The notes under the pieces were generated by a model. The model saw only the letters and a list, made by a program, of their open reading frames with translations, made no database searches and had not been told where the DNA came from. From positions 62,001 to 126,000 of the forward strand of contig NW_026865659.1 in NCBI RefSeq assembly GCF_026571515.1: 64,000 nucleotides of DNA, given 5' to 3'. The position numbers and the translations under genes were made by a program. The DNA is from Ruditapes philippinarum (taxonomy: Eukaryota). Below are positions 10,838-64,000 of this stretch, piece by piece (the stretch's first letter is position 1; each line of letters begins with the position of its first letter).

Positions 10838-12325
10838 TTTTAGCTCACCTGTCACATAGTAACATTGTGAGCTTTTGTGATCGCTTTTCGTCCGGCGTCC
10901 GTAAACTTTTACTTTAAATGACATCTCCTCATAAACCACTAAGCCAATTTTTCATCCAAACTTCACAGGAATGTTTCTTTGGTGGTCACCTTTGAAAATT
11001 GTTCAAAGAATTTAATTCCATGCAGAACTCTGGTTGCCATGGCAACCAAAAGAAAAAACTTAAAATATCTTCTTCTAAAAAAGTGAAAGAGCTAGAGCTT
11101 AGATATGTGGCATGAAACATCTTCTAGTGAGTGTCTACCAAGTTTGTTCAAATAAAAGCCTTGGGGTCAAAATTGGCCCCGCCCCAGGGGTCATTGATTT
11201 TCTTTATATGCATATAGTAAAAACTTAAAAATCTTCTTTTAAAGAACCCAAATAGCTAGAGCTAAGATATTTAGCATGAAACATGTTCTAATGGATGTCT
11301 ACCAAGTTTGTTCATATAAGAACCCTGGGGTCAAAATTGGCCCCGCCCCAGGGGGTCATTGATTTTCCTTATATGTGTATAGCAAAAACTTAAAAATCTT
11401 CTTTGAAAAAAACCAAATAGCTAGAGTTTAGATACTAAGCATGAAACATCTTCTAGTGAGTGTCTACAAAGTTTGTTCAAATAAAAGCCCTGGGGTCAAA
11501 ATTGGCCCCGCCCCGGGGGACATTGATTTTCCTTATAATTTTTATGTGTATAGCTAAAACTTAAAAATCTTTGAAAAAACCCGAATAGCTAGAATTTAGA
11601 TATTAAGCATGGACAATTTTCTAGTAAGTGTCTACAAAGATTGTTCAAATAAAAGCCTTGGAGTCAAAACTGGCCCTGCCCCAGGGGTGTCATTGTTTTT
11701 AACTATATGTGTAAAGAAAAAACTCAAAAAATCTTCTTTTAAAAACCCAGCGAGCTAGACCTTAGATGTTTGGCATGAAAGATCTTATGGGTGTCTACCA
11801 AGTTTGTTCAAATAAAAGCCCTGGCCCCGTGTTCACAAAGAAAAGATCAGGATCAGGATCAAGTGATCCTGATTTTATTTTCATTGTTTTATGTTACTAA
11901 AATTTATTGTGATTTGCTAGAATTAAATAATAATTATTAAAAATGTAAAAAAATTGCCGATTTGAAAAGAAATCAAACTGTTTTGGGATAAAATTAGAAA
12001 ATAACAACACAAATACAAAAATATTTGGATCAAAATAAGGATCAGTTTTAGGATCAGGATCAATATTTGGATCGACTGTAAAAATAACAATAAATTTATT
12101 CTAAAACTTCATTAATTTGCTATTGCAAGTCCAGTTTTATCAAATTAATATTAGATATTTAATATATGACAATAAAAAATGAAGAATATTAGAGTTTTTC
12201 AATTTGATCCTGATCTTGATCCTGATCCTGAAATCTTTGTGAACACGGGGCCTGGGGTTTAAACTGGCCCTGCTCCGGGGGCCTATATACAGGTGAGCGA
12301 CTTCAGGGCCACCATGGCCCTCTTG
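10838..12325 (+). mobile_element. Complete non-autonomous Helentron-type element (HINE/DTC84-like) with ~5 internal ~166-bp repeats and a nested MITE
   Basis: 5' TTTTAGCTCACCTG..GTGAGC hairpin followed by a CGTCC microsatellite seed. 3' CAGGTGAGCG, then palindrome GGGCCACCATGGCCC and TCTTG-TTT. Internal repeats belong to the same family as 1-1003. Confidence 0.85.
11824..12251. mobile_element. 428-bp MITE with 18-bp perfect TIRs and 3-bp CTG TSD (PIF/Harbinger-like), nested in the HINE
   Basis: GCCCCGTGTTCACAAAGA ... TCTTTGTGAACACGGGGC, with CTG on both sides. Removing it restores the host motif AAAAGCCCTGGGGT. Sub-terminal (GATCAG)n and (GATCCT)n arrays are present. Confidence 0.9.
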
Positions 12326-12419
12326 TTTGGGGATCAGGATGGGTCTCGATAATAGCTGGTTAGTTAACCAGGAAGCGGGTGAAGTGGATCGATTGCCGTG
12401 ATACGATCTAGTTGCAAGT

Positions 12420-12785
12420 TGGTACTTACCAAACTACTGAAGGGAAATGGGTTGAAACTTCACAGACGTTTTGAGAACATAATACAAAGACTATTCAAGG
12501 CTCATAACTCTAACGTCGATTTTACAGAATCGTGGCCCTTCTTGAACTTGGGAAAAAATTCAGGTTTTTGTTTTAGTATCAAGCACTGAGACAGTTTAGC
12601 ACCTATAGCTCTTGTTGTTTATGGTTATAAAAGAAACAATTATGATAATGGATTTTGATACTTTGTCTTGACGAGTTCTGTCTGCCTTGCCAAGTTTTGG
12701 GCCTAATAATTATGATCTTCACTTTGTTCATATTGCTATCCAGCATTGAGAAAATTGGAGCGCGCTGCTCCTTGGACAGCTGTTT
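12420..12785 (+). repeat. Degenerate fragment of a second HINE-like interspersed repeat family
   Basis: TGAAACTTCAC..AAGGCTCATAACTCT..GGCCCTT core and a GGAGCGCGCTG..GACAGCT-TT type 3' end. A related AAGGGGCATAACTCT core occurs at ~53202. Confidence 0.4.
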
Positions 12786-13046
12786 ATGGTATTAAAACAG
12801 AATGAACTTTTCATGACCGTTGACAGGTAATAAAATGGAATGGAAAACAAAAAGTAAATTAAGTTTTCTTACAATTAACATAATGGGTAAATGCATTTAC
12901 TTTGCATCTTCTAAGCTCGCAAGTCGCAAGATTGATACAGTTCGAATTAAGTAACTACAGTGAATGCAACAATCATTCAGAGAATGTGCTTGTGCTCGCA
13001 ATAAACCATACATATTGTTTATACGAAATTGTAATGAACGAAAATG

Positions 13047-13245
13047 GGAGCGGTGGCCTTGTGATTAAGGTGTCTGCCTCTCAACCAAGGGATTACGGGT
13101 TCGAGCCTTCATCGGATCATGTTTCTTCATATGACACTAGTGTAGGTTGGTTCAAAGAAGCGGACTCGAAAGTGATTATTATAAGTTGCAAGAACTTGTT
13201 TCGCAATCGAGCTGACACAAATATGTTTAAACCAATAAACGATAT
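13047..13245 (+). mobile_element. tRNA-derived SINE (probably Meta/MESC-core type)
   Basis: A-box TGGCCTTGTG and B-box GGTTCGAGCC. Central TCATATGACACTAG..GGTTGGTTC..GAAGCGGACTCGA core and 3' CAATCGAGC, both shared with 42951-43140. Confidence 0.65.
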
Positions 13246-14779
13246 GAACAGTGATTCTCAATATGCTACTAGTTGCGAACATTATTGATTGACAAACAAG
13301 AGAAGGCTCTGACCGCTGATTTAAATGAATGTGTCAGTTTCAGTTTATTAGAAACGTGTTGCGGAAATATCTACATACATTTATCGAGGTCTAAAATTCA
13401 TTAGCACGTAGTCGTGTCTTTGCGTTGTTTAGCAAAATAAGTTTCCTATGTTTTTATATAGAAAAAAGAATCCTAGGTTAAGTGATTACCTCCCTTGACC
13501 GCGTGTTACAAGACTATGTATTTTTTCCAGCTTATGTTTTATAATTATTTAAAGGAACCCTACTGAGGGTTATAGACATGACGGACCTGAAAATATTTTC
13601 CCCATATAATGTGTTAGAAATGAGTTAGGTGGTCTTGCGAATTTTTTTATCTCAATTCCCATCCTGTTATTTCCAGCACACATTTTCAAAGTGAAAAATA
13701 GCCCCATAATAAAAATCGTTGCAACGCTTTTCTCTCAAATTCGGCTATCAATCGTATATAAATTTGATTTTCCATTTCATTTTAAGTATTTTCTTTTTAT
13801 CCATTGCAGATTTTTCAATTGCAAGTGCTTCACTTGATATTTGTAATATTTTTAAATTTTAATGTTTTTATGCCTTTAAAGAGATACTCAGGCAAATTAA
13901 TGACAAACATATCGAAGCGTATATATATCTATATATATATGTTGAACGAAAATACACGCCAACAGAATCACCGTGTACTTTAAGACTTGAACAAACCCTG
14001 GAAGTTACAATAATATATATTGTGGATATTGTATGATTGAAACAAGCTAAAGTCATTCATTTCACATATTCTTTAACGTTGCCAAAGTTCACTGTAACAA
14101 CTATTGTTTTTATTTAATTAATGCTTTTATTTTTCATTCTTCTGCAATATAAACATTTTTAGCGAAATTATTAAGCATGAATACAAGTTATGAATGTTTT
14201 AAGCAATTTCCATTGATTCAAGGGAAATAAAAACATGAGAAAAATATGCTATGTGAGTAGCATTTCTCTCCCTTGAAAATAATAGTAGGTATCAAAGGGT
14301 ATTTTTTCCTTTATCCGTTAAGCTGTTGTTTTATTATTCTGATCCTTTCAGGAATCATTGATTCAAGCACTTTATGTGTTGAAAATTGAGTACCATTCAA
14401 GGTTGTGTAGGAGCGTGAGCGATGTCTCACTTTTTCATTATCCGTTATGCAAAGACTCGATCAAACCAGGTCTGCAATTTTCATGCTTTTTTGTTGTTAT
14501 TTATACTTCCGAGGTTTTAGATTTTTTCCCCATTCTGACATCCATTCGTTATCTGTAAACTACATGTACATTAATAATTAATATTCGTTGTTTTAATTGA
14601 TGTAATTTGGTAACTCAATAGATTAATATTCTATTATTTACCTCATTGGGACTTCATTGATAAACTAGCATTTCTTTAATGTTATTTTGCACCTGTCAAA
14701 TTGTCTTTTTTAAAGAAAGCCACGCAAAGATATCTAATAGACTAGAAAATGTGGCCTGACTTAATTGGAATGTTAATAT

Positions 14780-15635
14780 GATTTATAAATGGGTATCTTC
14801 CAGGGAATAATAATAATATCTTATCTACCAAGCGAGAAGTAATAATAGGTGTATCTACCCTGCGAAAAATTATAAAATCAGTCAGACGAGAAATAAAAGA
14901 GATGTATATACAAAATGGAGAATAATAATGTCGTACCTTCCATGCAAGGGATAATAAAGAGGTATTGATAATGTCGTATCTACTAGGCAAGGAAGAATAA
15001 AGAAGTATCTACCAGACGAGTGACAATAAGAATGTATCCACCAGACGAGAATAATGTCACGCGATAAATGCTGCCGTATCTACCATGCAAGGAATAATAA
15101 CGATGTAGATACCAGGCGAGGAATAATAAAGATGTATCTAACATGCAAGGAATTATTAACATGTACTAGTATCTTCCAAGCGAGGGATAATAATATATCT
15201 ACCAGGTTGGCAATACGAAAGATACATCCACCAGGAAAGAGATAAGAAAGATCCACAACCAGGAGAGGAATAATAAATGGTGTATTTACCATCCAAGAAA
15301 TGAGAATGTATCTACCAGGCAAGAAGTAAGAAAGATGCAACTACCAGGCGAAGAATAATTAAGATGCATATTTACCAGGCGAGGAATGATAAAATTGTTT
15401 CTACTATAGTCGAGGAATTCTGTCGTTATCTACCAGGTGACGAATGATAATAAAGATGTATAGATCTACCATGCAAGAAATGATGAAGATAATTATACGA
15501 AATAATCAAAGTGTATCTACCAGGCGAGGAATAATACGGAAGTATCACCCACGCAGGAAATAAAAAAGATGTTTCTATCAGGACGTGTGTTATTAAGATG
15601 TATCTACTCGAGGAAGAATAATATATAACAATAAA
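14780..15635. repeat. Degenerate ~30-35-bp minisatellite (GTATCTACCAGGCGAGGAATAATAAAGAT-like)
   Basis: More than 20 diverged TCTACCAGGCGAG/TCTACCATGCAAG units separated by GAATAATAA. Confidence 0.8.
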
Positions 15636-17508
15636 TAAACATGAAAATTTGAGACAAAATATTTATTTGCAATAAAATATATACGAAGCAGTTGTAGAAA
15701 TATGTTTGTATTTTTACAAATTGTGACTCTGTGATAAGATTTCAGCTGAAGTAACGATATATTTATACTAAAAATCCTGTACATACATGCATAAAGCTAG
15801 ATTGCGCCATGAAGCGCAACAAATGAAAATAAAAAGCAGTAAAATGTAGCTCTAAGCTCACAAGAACTATTACAATGATTGTTTTCCCCTTTTTTACAGA
15901 TTAAACACTGCACGTAAACTAGTTAAAGATAAAAAACACGGAAAAGAAATCATAACTGGTTGAATTATAGGCGTTTGACATGTAATAAATAGCCTATGTT
16001 ATTTTTTTTAAATACCCTTACAAATAAAAAATGAATAATTACAGTAGAAAGTAGAGCATGACTTTGAAATACATTCGCCATTTTTAACAAGATCAATTAA
16101 AGCCTAGTTTGTAAGTATTTTGGATAATAATAATAATGAGTCATTGCAGCAAAGCAGGCATAAGGAGAATAATCATATAGAAGATGAAAACTTATTTTAA
16201 AATTGTCGTCTGCTAAAACACACTCGGAAGGCAGTGAAGTACTCGGACTCTGGTCTGGTACGGTCTGGTACCTAGCTTTTTGTAAAGATATTGTGATCGC
16301 CCTAGCAGTAAATGATAAAAATCCCAACACGGTTACCACGGTGCTTATATCACGTGACTATTTGTGAGCTTTGTGGGTCAGAAACTAATATAAAAGACGG
16401 TCCAGGATTTATTTTCTGCCATTTTTCAATATTTCTTTATTATTTTTTATTGGATACGTGAAGAGATCGCTCATTCTAGTAAGGGACCCATACATAAAAT
16501 GTTTGCTAAAAGTCATCTTTTTTCGCATGGATATCTGACTGTTCAAATACTTGGTTTATTTTCCCGTGAAAATGCAGTTTTTTCTACAACGTTTCTCAGT
16601 ATTATAATGAGATGGTTCTGCACTTTATCTTTGTAAAAATAATGAAATATATAAATGATAGCGAAACACAATAAATCTGGACTATCTGTTGTACTGTTGT
16701 TTTTTTTGGGATAAAATATCACGTGGTATAGGCTCCGTCGTTGCAAAAATAATTTGTTTTTCGTTTTAGAGAAAATACATTAACACTTGTCAATAGAAGA
16801 TAAAAACAGTATACAATAATTTTTTCTAAAATAGGATATTTTTTTGTAAACTAATACATAGAACTGTTTTAATAAGAACGCTTTGTACATAACGTAAGTA
16901 CTATACTGTTTTTTTTCAAAGTCAAGTAGGTATATATTTGTATTTATCTTTTAGAAAAGAGATTGCATACTGCCATGCATATTCAAACAACTGACAGAAT
17001 AAGCTCAATATTTAGCAGACGGCATCTTAAGCTAATACACTTTTCAAATAATTATCTGACATTTATTTTGGAATATGTTTCATCTAAAGATGGAGTTGAT
17101 GCGAATTGAATAATATCCGCAATCACAACTTCATGTTAATGTTCAGAGTAATAACGTCATTCCTTTTAAAAGCAAGTGCTATTACAATTAATATCAGAGC
17201 CAAATTTTAGTAATAGTGATAATATATCAACATACAATCCATCGACAACTTTCTGTTAAAACGAACATATTTTCCTCTATAAGATGCTGCTTAAATGACA
17301 AATGTGTATCATTTCGATATCCAGAGCACTATTATTATAACATTCGTCTTTTTCAGTGTCAACCAAAACATCGTTTTTTCATGCGTAGTACATGCACATG
17401 AGTACATACAGAAATGTATATAAAGCATTTGAATTTCATTCGTTTTAGCACGTAACGCAAGCATCACAATAGATTATATCTTTATGCATTTTAGTTCACT
17501 GTAATCGG

Positions 17509-59454
<41,946 letters not shown>

Positions 59455-60350
59455 TTATATAATGATATTTCTTTTTTATCTACAGAGGTCGTAAAACAGG
59501 CCACATCAAGATTTATCGTACCGGTATTTTTTTATTAAACTTTTAGAAATTGTTTTATCAGAAAAATTGTTCTCAATATTTATTATAATTAAAGTATTAA
59601 AAAGACTTATTATAATAAAAGTATTACAGCTATTCACAGAAATTGCAAAAAAATATGTCATTATACAGGAAGCGACGACATTTTATTATCATAACATTTT
59701 TTTTATATCATTTTTAGTTACAGGTCAAACTGTCGCGCACCTTTTTAGTAGGGAGTTTATAAAATTAATTTGATTCAATGGTTAGCAACCATTTATGACT
59801 TATGTCCACGCAAGATAAAAAACTGTAAAAGCAATAAATAATTCTAAAAAAACAAAAACAACAAAACCCCCCAAAAAACAACAACTCTGTGTTTAAACTA
59901 TTTATCATACATTTAAGGAGTATATACCAAAATATATCCATCATCCAATGTTATTTTATATGGTGGCAAAGAAGGGACATCGGCATTGTCTATACATCAC
60001 GTGCGCACGTGATGAATAGCGATTCTTTTATGTTTTGTACAACAATAAGTACGTGTAATTGAACACTCATTAAATTTGTCCTTATTTCAATAAAATAGAC
60101 TGCAATGTAGGCTGCGTAAATAGGCGTTCGTCATTTCTAATTCCCTCCCAAGTGATTACATAACTACACATATGGACTTCATATCAAGCAATGCTACTAA
60201 ATTGTGCGCAAACATATAAAGAAAGAAAAAAACATGTTCTATCTGTTCAGCTTACGTATTGTGGTAAACTCGGGGCGTTTTAAGACATATAAAACTACAG
60301 CATGATCATATCATATCTAAACGCAATAAAACCAATATTGTACGTCTTAA

Positions 60351-60710
60351 AGGCCCATTATGCCTCAGAATTGCTTTATCTTTATTTCTCAAACAGCTTT
60401 TTTTATTTTTGGTTTACTTAAAAAGTTTCCAAAAAAGTAATCATTGGCCAAGTACCTGATACATTTTTTCATCTGCTGCTTTTTTTGCAGTTTGTATAGT
60501 TATAGTGATTTTGTATTTTGTATGGAAGTCTAAATATTACTTTGTTTACATTTGGCTACTTTTATGACACATCATTTTATATTTATCGCTATATTCTTCC
60601 GACTACAAGCAATTAACTTGCTCTAAAATAATTATTTAAACGTTAAACAATTCACGTTTGCCCATTCTAAAGAAGTAAAAAATAATTCATTTCTGAGGCA
60701 TAATGTGCCT
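60351..60710. mobile_element. 360-bp MITE with TTAA TSD and AGG...CCT termini (Kolobok-like)
   Basis: TTAA|AGGCCCATTATGCCTCAGAA ... TTCTGAGGCATAATGTGCCT|TTAA. Confidence 0.85.
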
Positions 60711-60962
60711 TTAAAAACAAATTTCAAGCAGCCAAATGCATTTGCCATGTCAACAAATCCATTTTTGTCTGAACTTAAGTCAAAATATTAAGTATGAAAG
60801 ATAAATCTGTACATTGAATCAGGATATAATTTCGACAAATAAATTACATAGGCTTTAAAGTTAAAAACAACAATGTGTGTAATTTTGGGCGTCTGTACTC
60901 AAGAAAATGTCAGAGTGTTTAGTCTAGCGTTATATTATGATGTATTACTGCGCAAACAACAT

Positions 60963-62093
60963 GCTTGAAAAAACGAATAAATTAGAGAAAAAAAGTTCTG
61001 CCTTTTTTACATTACGTTTCAAAATGATATAGGATTTCTTACTTTTTCGCCGGCTATGTATGTAGCTATAGACAGAACGGCCCAATAAAAGATTTATCAT
61101 AGTATCAAGAAAATAATCACGAAGGGGTTACCATGGTACATAAACCACAAAGCCACAAAATATAGCAGTAACTAAAGGTGTAAGACAATTGGATCTATTA
61201 CACCTGCTGAACGTGGGGAACTTGTCACGACGTGTGTAACTGTCAGTGTTACCTAACTATTAATTCACTTTTCATACTTTCTCGCTTTAAGTTCCAGAAG
61301 TATTTCATCCTTATTGATGGACCAAGCGGTCGCAAAGGTGCATCACACACTTCTCGGTGGATAACCTATTATGAAAAGTTCTTGAGATTTCTGAAATATT
61401 TCGTTCAGCTCATCAATGCAACGACGGAAAAGAAAGTTCTTCTCTTGACAGCCATAAATCGCATCTCTTTATGTTTAGTTTGCACGTAAAGTTTGATTGT
61501 AATGGTACAATTTCAAACTCATCCCCCCCCACATACACAAGTTATCATCCTGTGATTGGTTCATTTAAAAAACACAAATTCTCAAGATACGATTTGCAAT
61601 GTAGAATGAAATACAGTTTGTTAAAGGCATGCACTGCTTATTAAATTGCACGATTTTAATGTTTCGTGAAAATACACTTTCAACAGAAACGTATTGTACG
61701 ATGGCGGGCGAGTTTTCAGCAACTTGTGTTACTGATCTACCAGCAACAAATGCAATTCACGCGTCACATTTGACAGATAAAACTATGTCCGGAGACTCTT
61801 GTCCCACCAGAACAAGATGAATATGTGATAAGTACATTTGCGCACACATTGGGCAGAGAGACAAGTTGCGTGTTTTACAGTAGATTGGTCTACGACGCGC
61901 ACATTTTCCATAAATAATTCAAATATTGATAAAAACAATAGAAATGTATCATTTGGACAGTCTCTATAAAGTATTGCTTGAAAAAAAACGAGAAAAAACA
62001 GTTCTGACATTTTTACATTACATTTCAAGATGATTTAGGATTTCTTACTTTTTCGGCTGTCATGAATTTAACTATAGACAAAACGGCGCAAAT
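60963..62093. repeat. Pair of ~120-bp direct repeats ~1 kb apart (60963-61086 and 61976-62093)
   Basis: GCTTGAAAAAA..GAGAAAAAA..GTTCTG..TTTTTACATTAC.TTTCAA.ATGAT.TAGGATTTCTTACTTTTTCG..CTATAGACA.AACGGC is present in both. Confidence 0.75.
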
Positions 62094-62758
62094 GCTTTCT
62101 ACATGAAAAAAGTAAACGTTCCTTTTATCCCGAATCGAGTACGAGCTTATGTTTTAAAGTCAGGGTCCAGGTCAAGGTTTCTTAAAAAGTTTTTTTTATC
62201 AACCTTATATAATTGCGAATGCAAATGTATGATATTCAGATATTCAAATGACAAATATAGCTAGGAAAATGAAATAAAGAAATGACTGTAAAAGGAGAAG
62301 AAAAATGCAGGAAAAGATAAACACAACATCCAATATTGTAAACACTGCAACATTTGTACTTACAAAATGTAAGTTTAACTATTACGTCATTTATGATAAA
62401 TTATTCATTTCACATTACTCGCTCCGATGAATTGATTTTATAACCATCTTAAAAATGTCAAAAGGGTCTTTAAAAAATGTTTGAAATGTTAATTACACGG
62501 AATTCAAAAGTGTTTTCCATTCAAGATTTAACCAGCTGGGAGAGTTAACAGCCACTTTTTATACCCTCTTTTCTTTTTTTATTCTTTACACTGATATATA
62601 TTTCAATATAATCATCTTTTGTTGGAATAAGAATATTAACTACACAGGATCAATCAGAAATGTCAACGTTTCAACGATTTCATGTCGAAGAATTGTCAAT
62701 AATGTTTGTCCGTAAGGTTGCTTATACACCACAGATCTTCCCCCCTAGCACAGCTTAA

Positions 62759-63114
62759 AGGCACATTATCCCTCAGAAAGAAATAAACTTGAACTTCTTT
62801 GTAAAGGTCAAACATGAATTTTATAATGTTAATATAATGTTGTTTTTTGTGAATGTTAGATGCTTAATACCTGCAGAAAGTAACGATGAATGTGAAATAA
62901 TTGCCATTAAAGTAGCAAAATGGAAACAAATAAGTATTTTGACTTCCATACAAAATATTCATTGACTATAATCGTACTTAACAAAAGCAACGGATGAAAA
63001 AGATGGATCAGGTAATCAGACTGTAAGTAAATTTTTGGATACTATTAAAGTACAACAAAATTAAAAAGCTTTTGAAAAATAAAAATAAAAGCATTTCTGA
63101 GGCATAATTGGCCT
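62759..63114. mobile_element. 356-bp MITE with TTAA TSD (Kolobok-like), same family as 60351-60710, opposite orientation
   Basis: TTAA|AGGCACATTATCCCTCAGAA ... TTCTGAGGCATAATTGGCCT|TTAA. The interior is the reverse-complement homologue of the first copy. Confidence 0.85.
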
Positions 63115-64000
63115 TTAAAACATCAATTTTATCTAGTCAATGATGATAAAGACAAAAATATGGCCAAACCAAAAAAATGGACTTACAAAGCCAAAAATAT
63201 AGTCTTACAAAACCAAAAATATGGCCTTACAAACCAAATTTATGGCCTTACAATGCCAAAAATATGGTCTTATGCATTTATAATAAATACTCGTATACAC
63301 CCGTTTTCTTTTTTTTTACAACTGCTGGACAACAAAATTCGATAACTGCCAAATGTATATATATGGCAAAAATATTATGTACAACCAACTAAACATGATT
63401 ATTTTAACAGTAAGCTGTTTCTCTTGTTAGAAATTATTGATACCCAAAAAGAGAAAAAATGATTATCGCACTGAAACGCCTAAATTGGAGAATGTTACAG
63501 GCTTCATCTGAATCGTTTTGGGGGTATTGGTAAAGTAACTTCCCATGCCCAATAGCACCGGCTTTAAGCAGAAATGTACCTTTCAAATATAAAAGGTGAA
63601 ATTTTGAATTTAGAAACAGACATGTATGTGTTTACTCGTAAAATATCCATATATTAAAAATCTTGTCATCAAAGCTGACCAACTTTTATTTCCTTCCGGT
63701 GTAAGTTCATACGCAAGAGAAGGGACATAAATACTTTCCAGCAATATTTCAAATGGTGCCCCTTAACTTGTTTGTAGTTGTCCACTTAAATGTCTAAATT
63801 TTGTTTCGTTCTTGAAGTTTTTATACCAACAAATAATAACATTGTTATACTTATAAGGTCTTAATGTCACTTATAGTATAAATAGATGATTTAAAACATC
63901 TCGACACCTAAATCATAGATCACGTGACCTTTGTCTGTTACGCGCTGACCAACAAAGTGACACATAGCATATGTTTAATCTCTAAAAATTAATTCAACAT

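Noticed and set aside
13047-13120. tRNA gene (also 4703-4745, 18410-18490, 42951-43022, 49360-49420)
   Set aside because: A/B-box-like motifs without a complete cloverleaf; the longer ones continue into SINE bodies and the rest are short fragments.
13549-13620. TTAA-AGGAACCC as the left end of another Kolobok-like element
   Set aside because: No matching right TIR found by eye.
61405-61455. MAVKRRTFFSVVALMS as the signal-peptide exon
   Set aside because: Followed immediately by an in-frame TGA with no suitable splice donor.

Overview
AT-rich, intron-rich eukaryotic DNA; the repeat families suggest a bivalve mollusc (inference). Three coding systems are present. (1) A complete TIR-bounded hAT DNA transposon (1348-6405) with a 5-bp target-site duplication and an 8-exon, ~800-aa transposase on the minus strand. 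(2) The large terminal coding exon of a GATAD2/p66 NuRD subunit on the plus strand (6722-8618), with the hAT in its upstream intron. (3) A >42-kb minus-strand gene of at least 43 exons encoding a type I membrane receptor with 27 SRCR domains in a repeating A-B-C triplet pattern, a TM helix and an NPxY tail; its start and signal-peptide exon were not identified. Non-coding DNA holds two Helentron-type non-autonomous elements with ~166-bp internal repeats (one with a nested MITE), TTAA Kolobok-like MITEs, a palindromic MITE, tRNA-derived SINEs, several minisatellites and one 167-N gap. The most unusual observation is a 45-bp minisatellite built from an SRCR splice acceptor plus the first codons of the exon, creating ~11 in-frame alternative acceptors that would add RGD-containing 15-aa units. 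Also notable are a duplicated exon pair (SRCR13/14) that is a candidate for mutually exclusive splicing, and a possibly intact hAT5-type element. All coordinates were read by eye.
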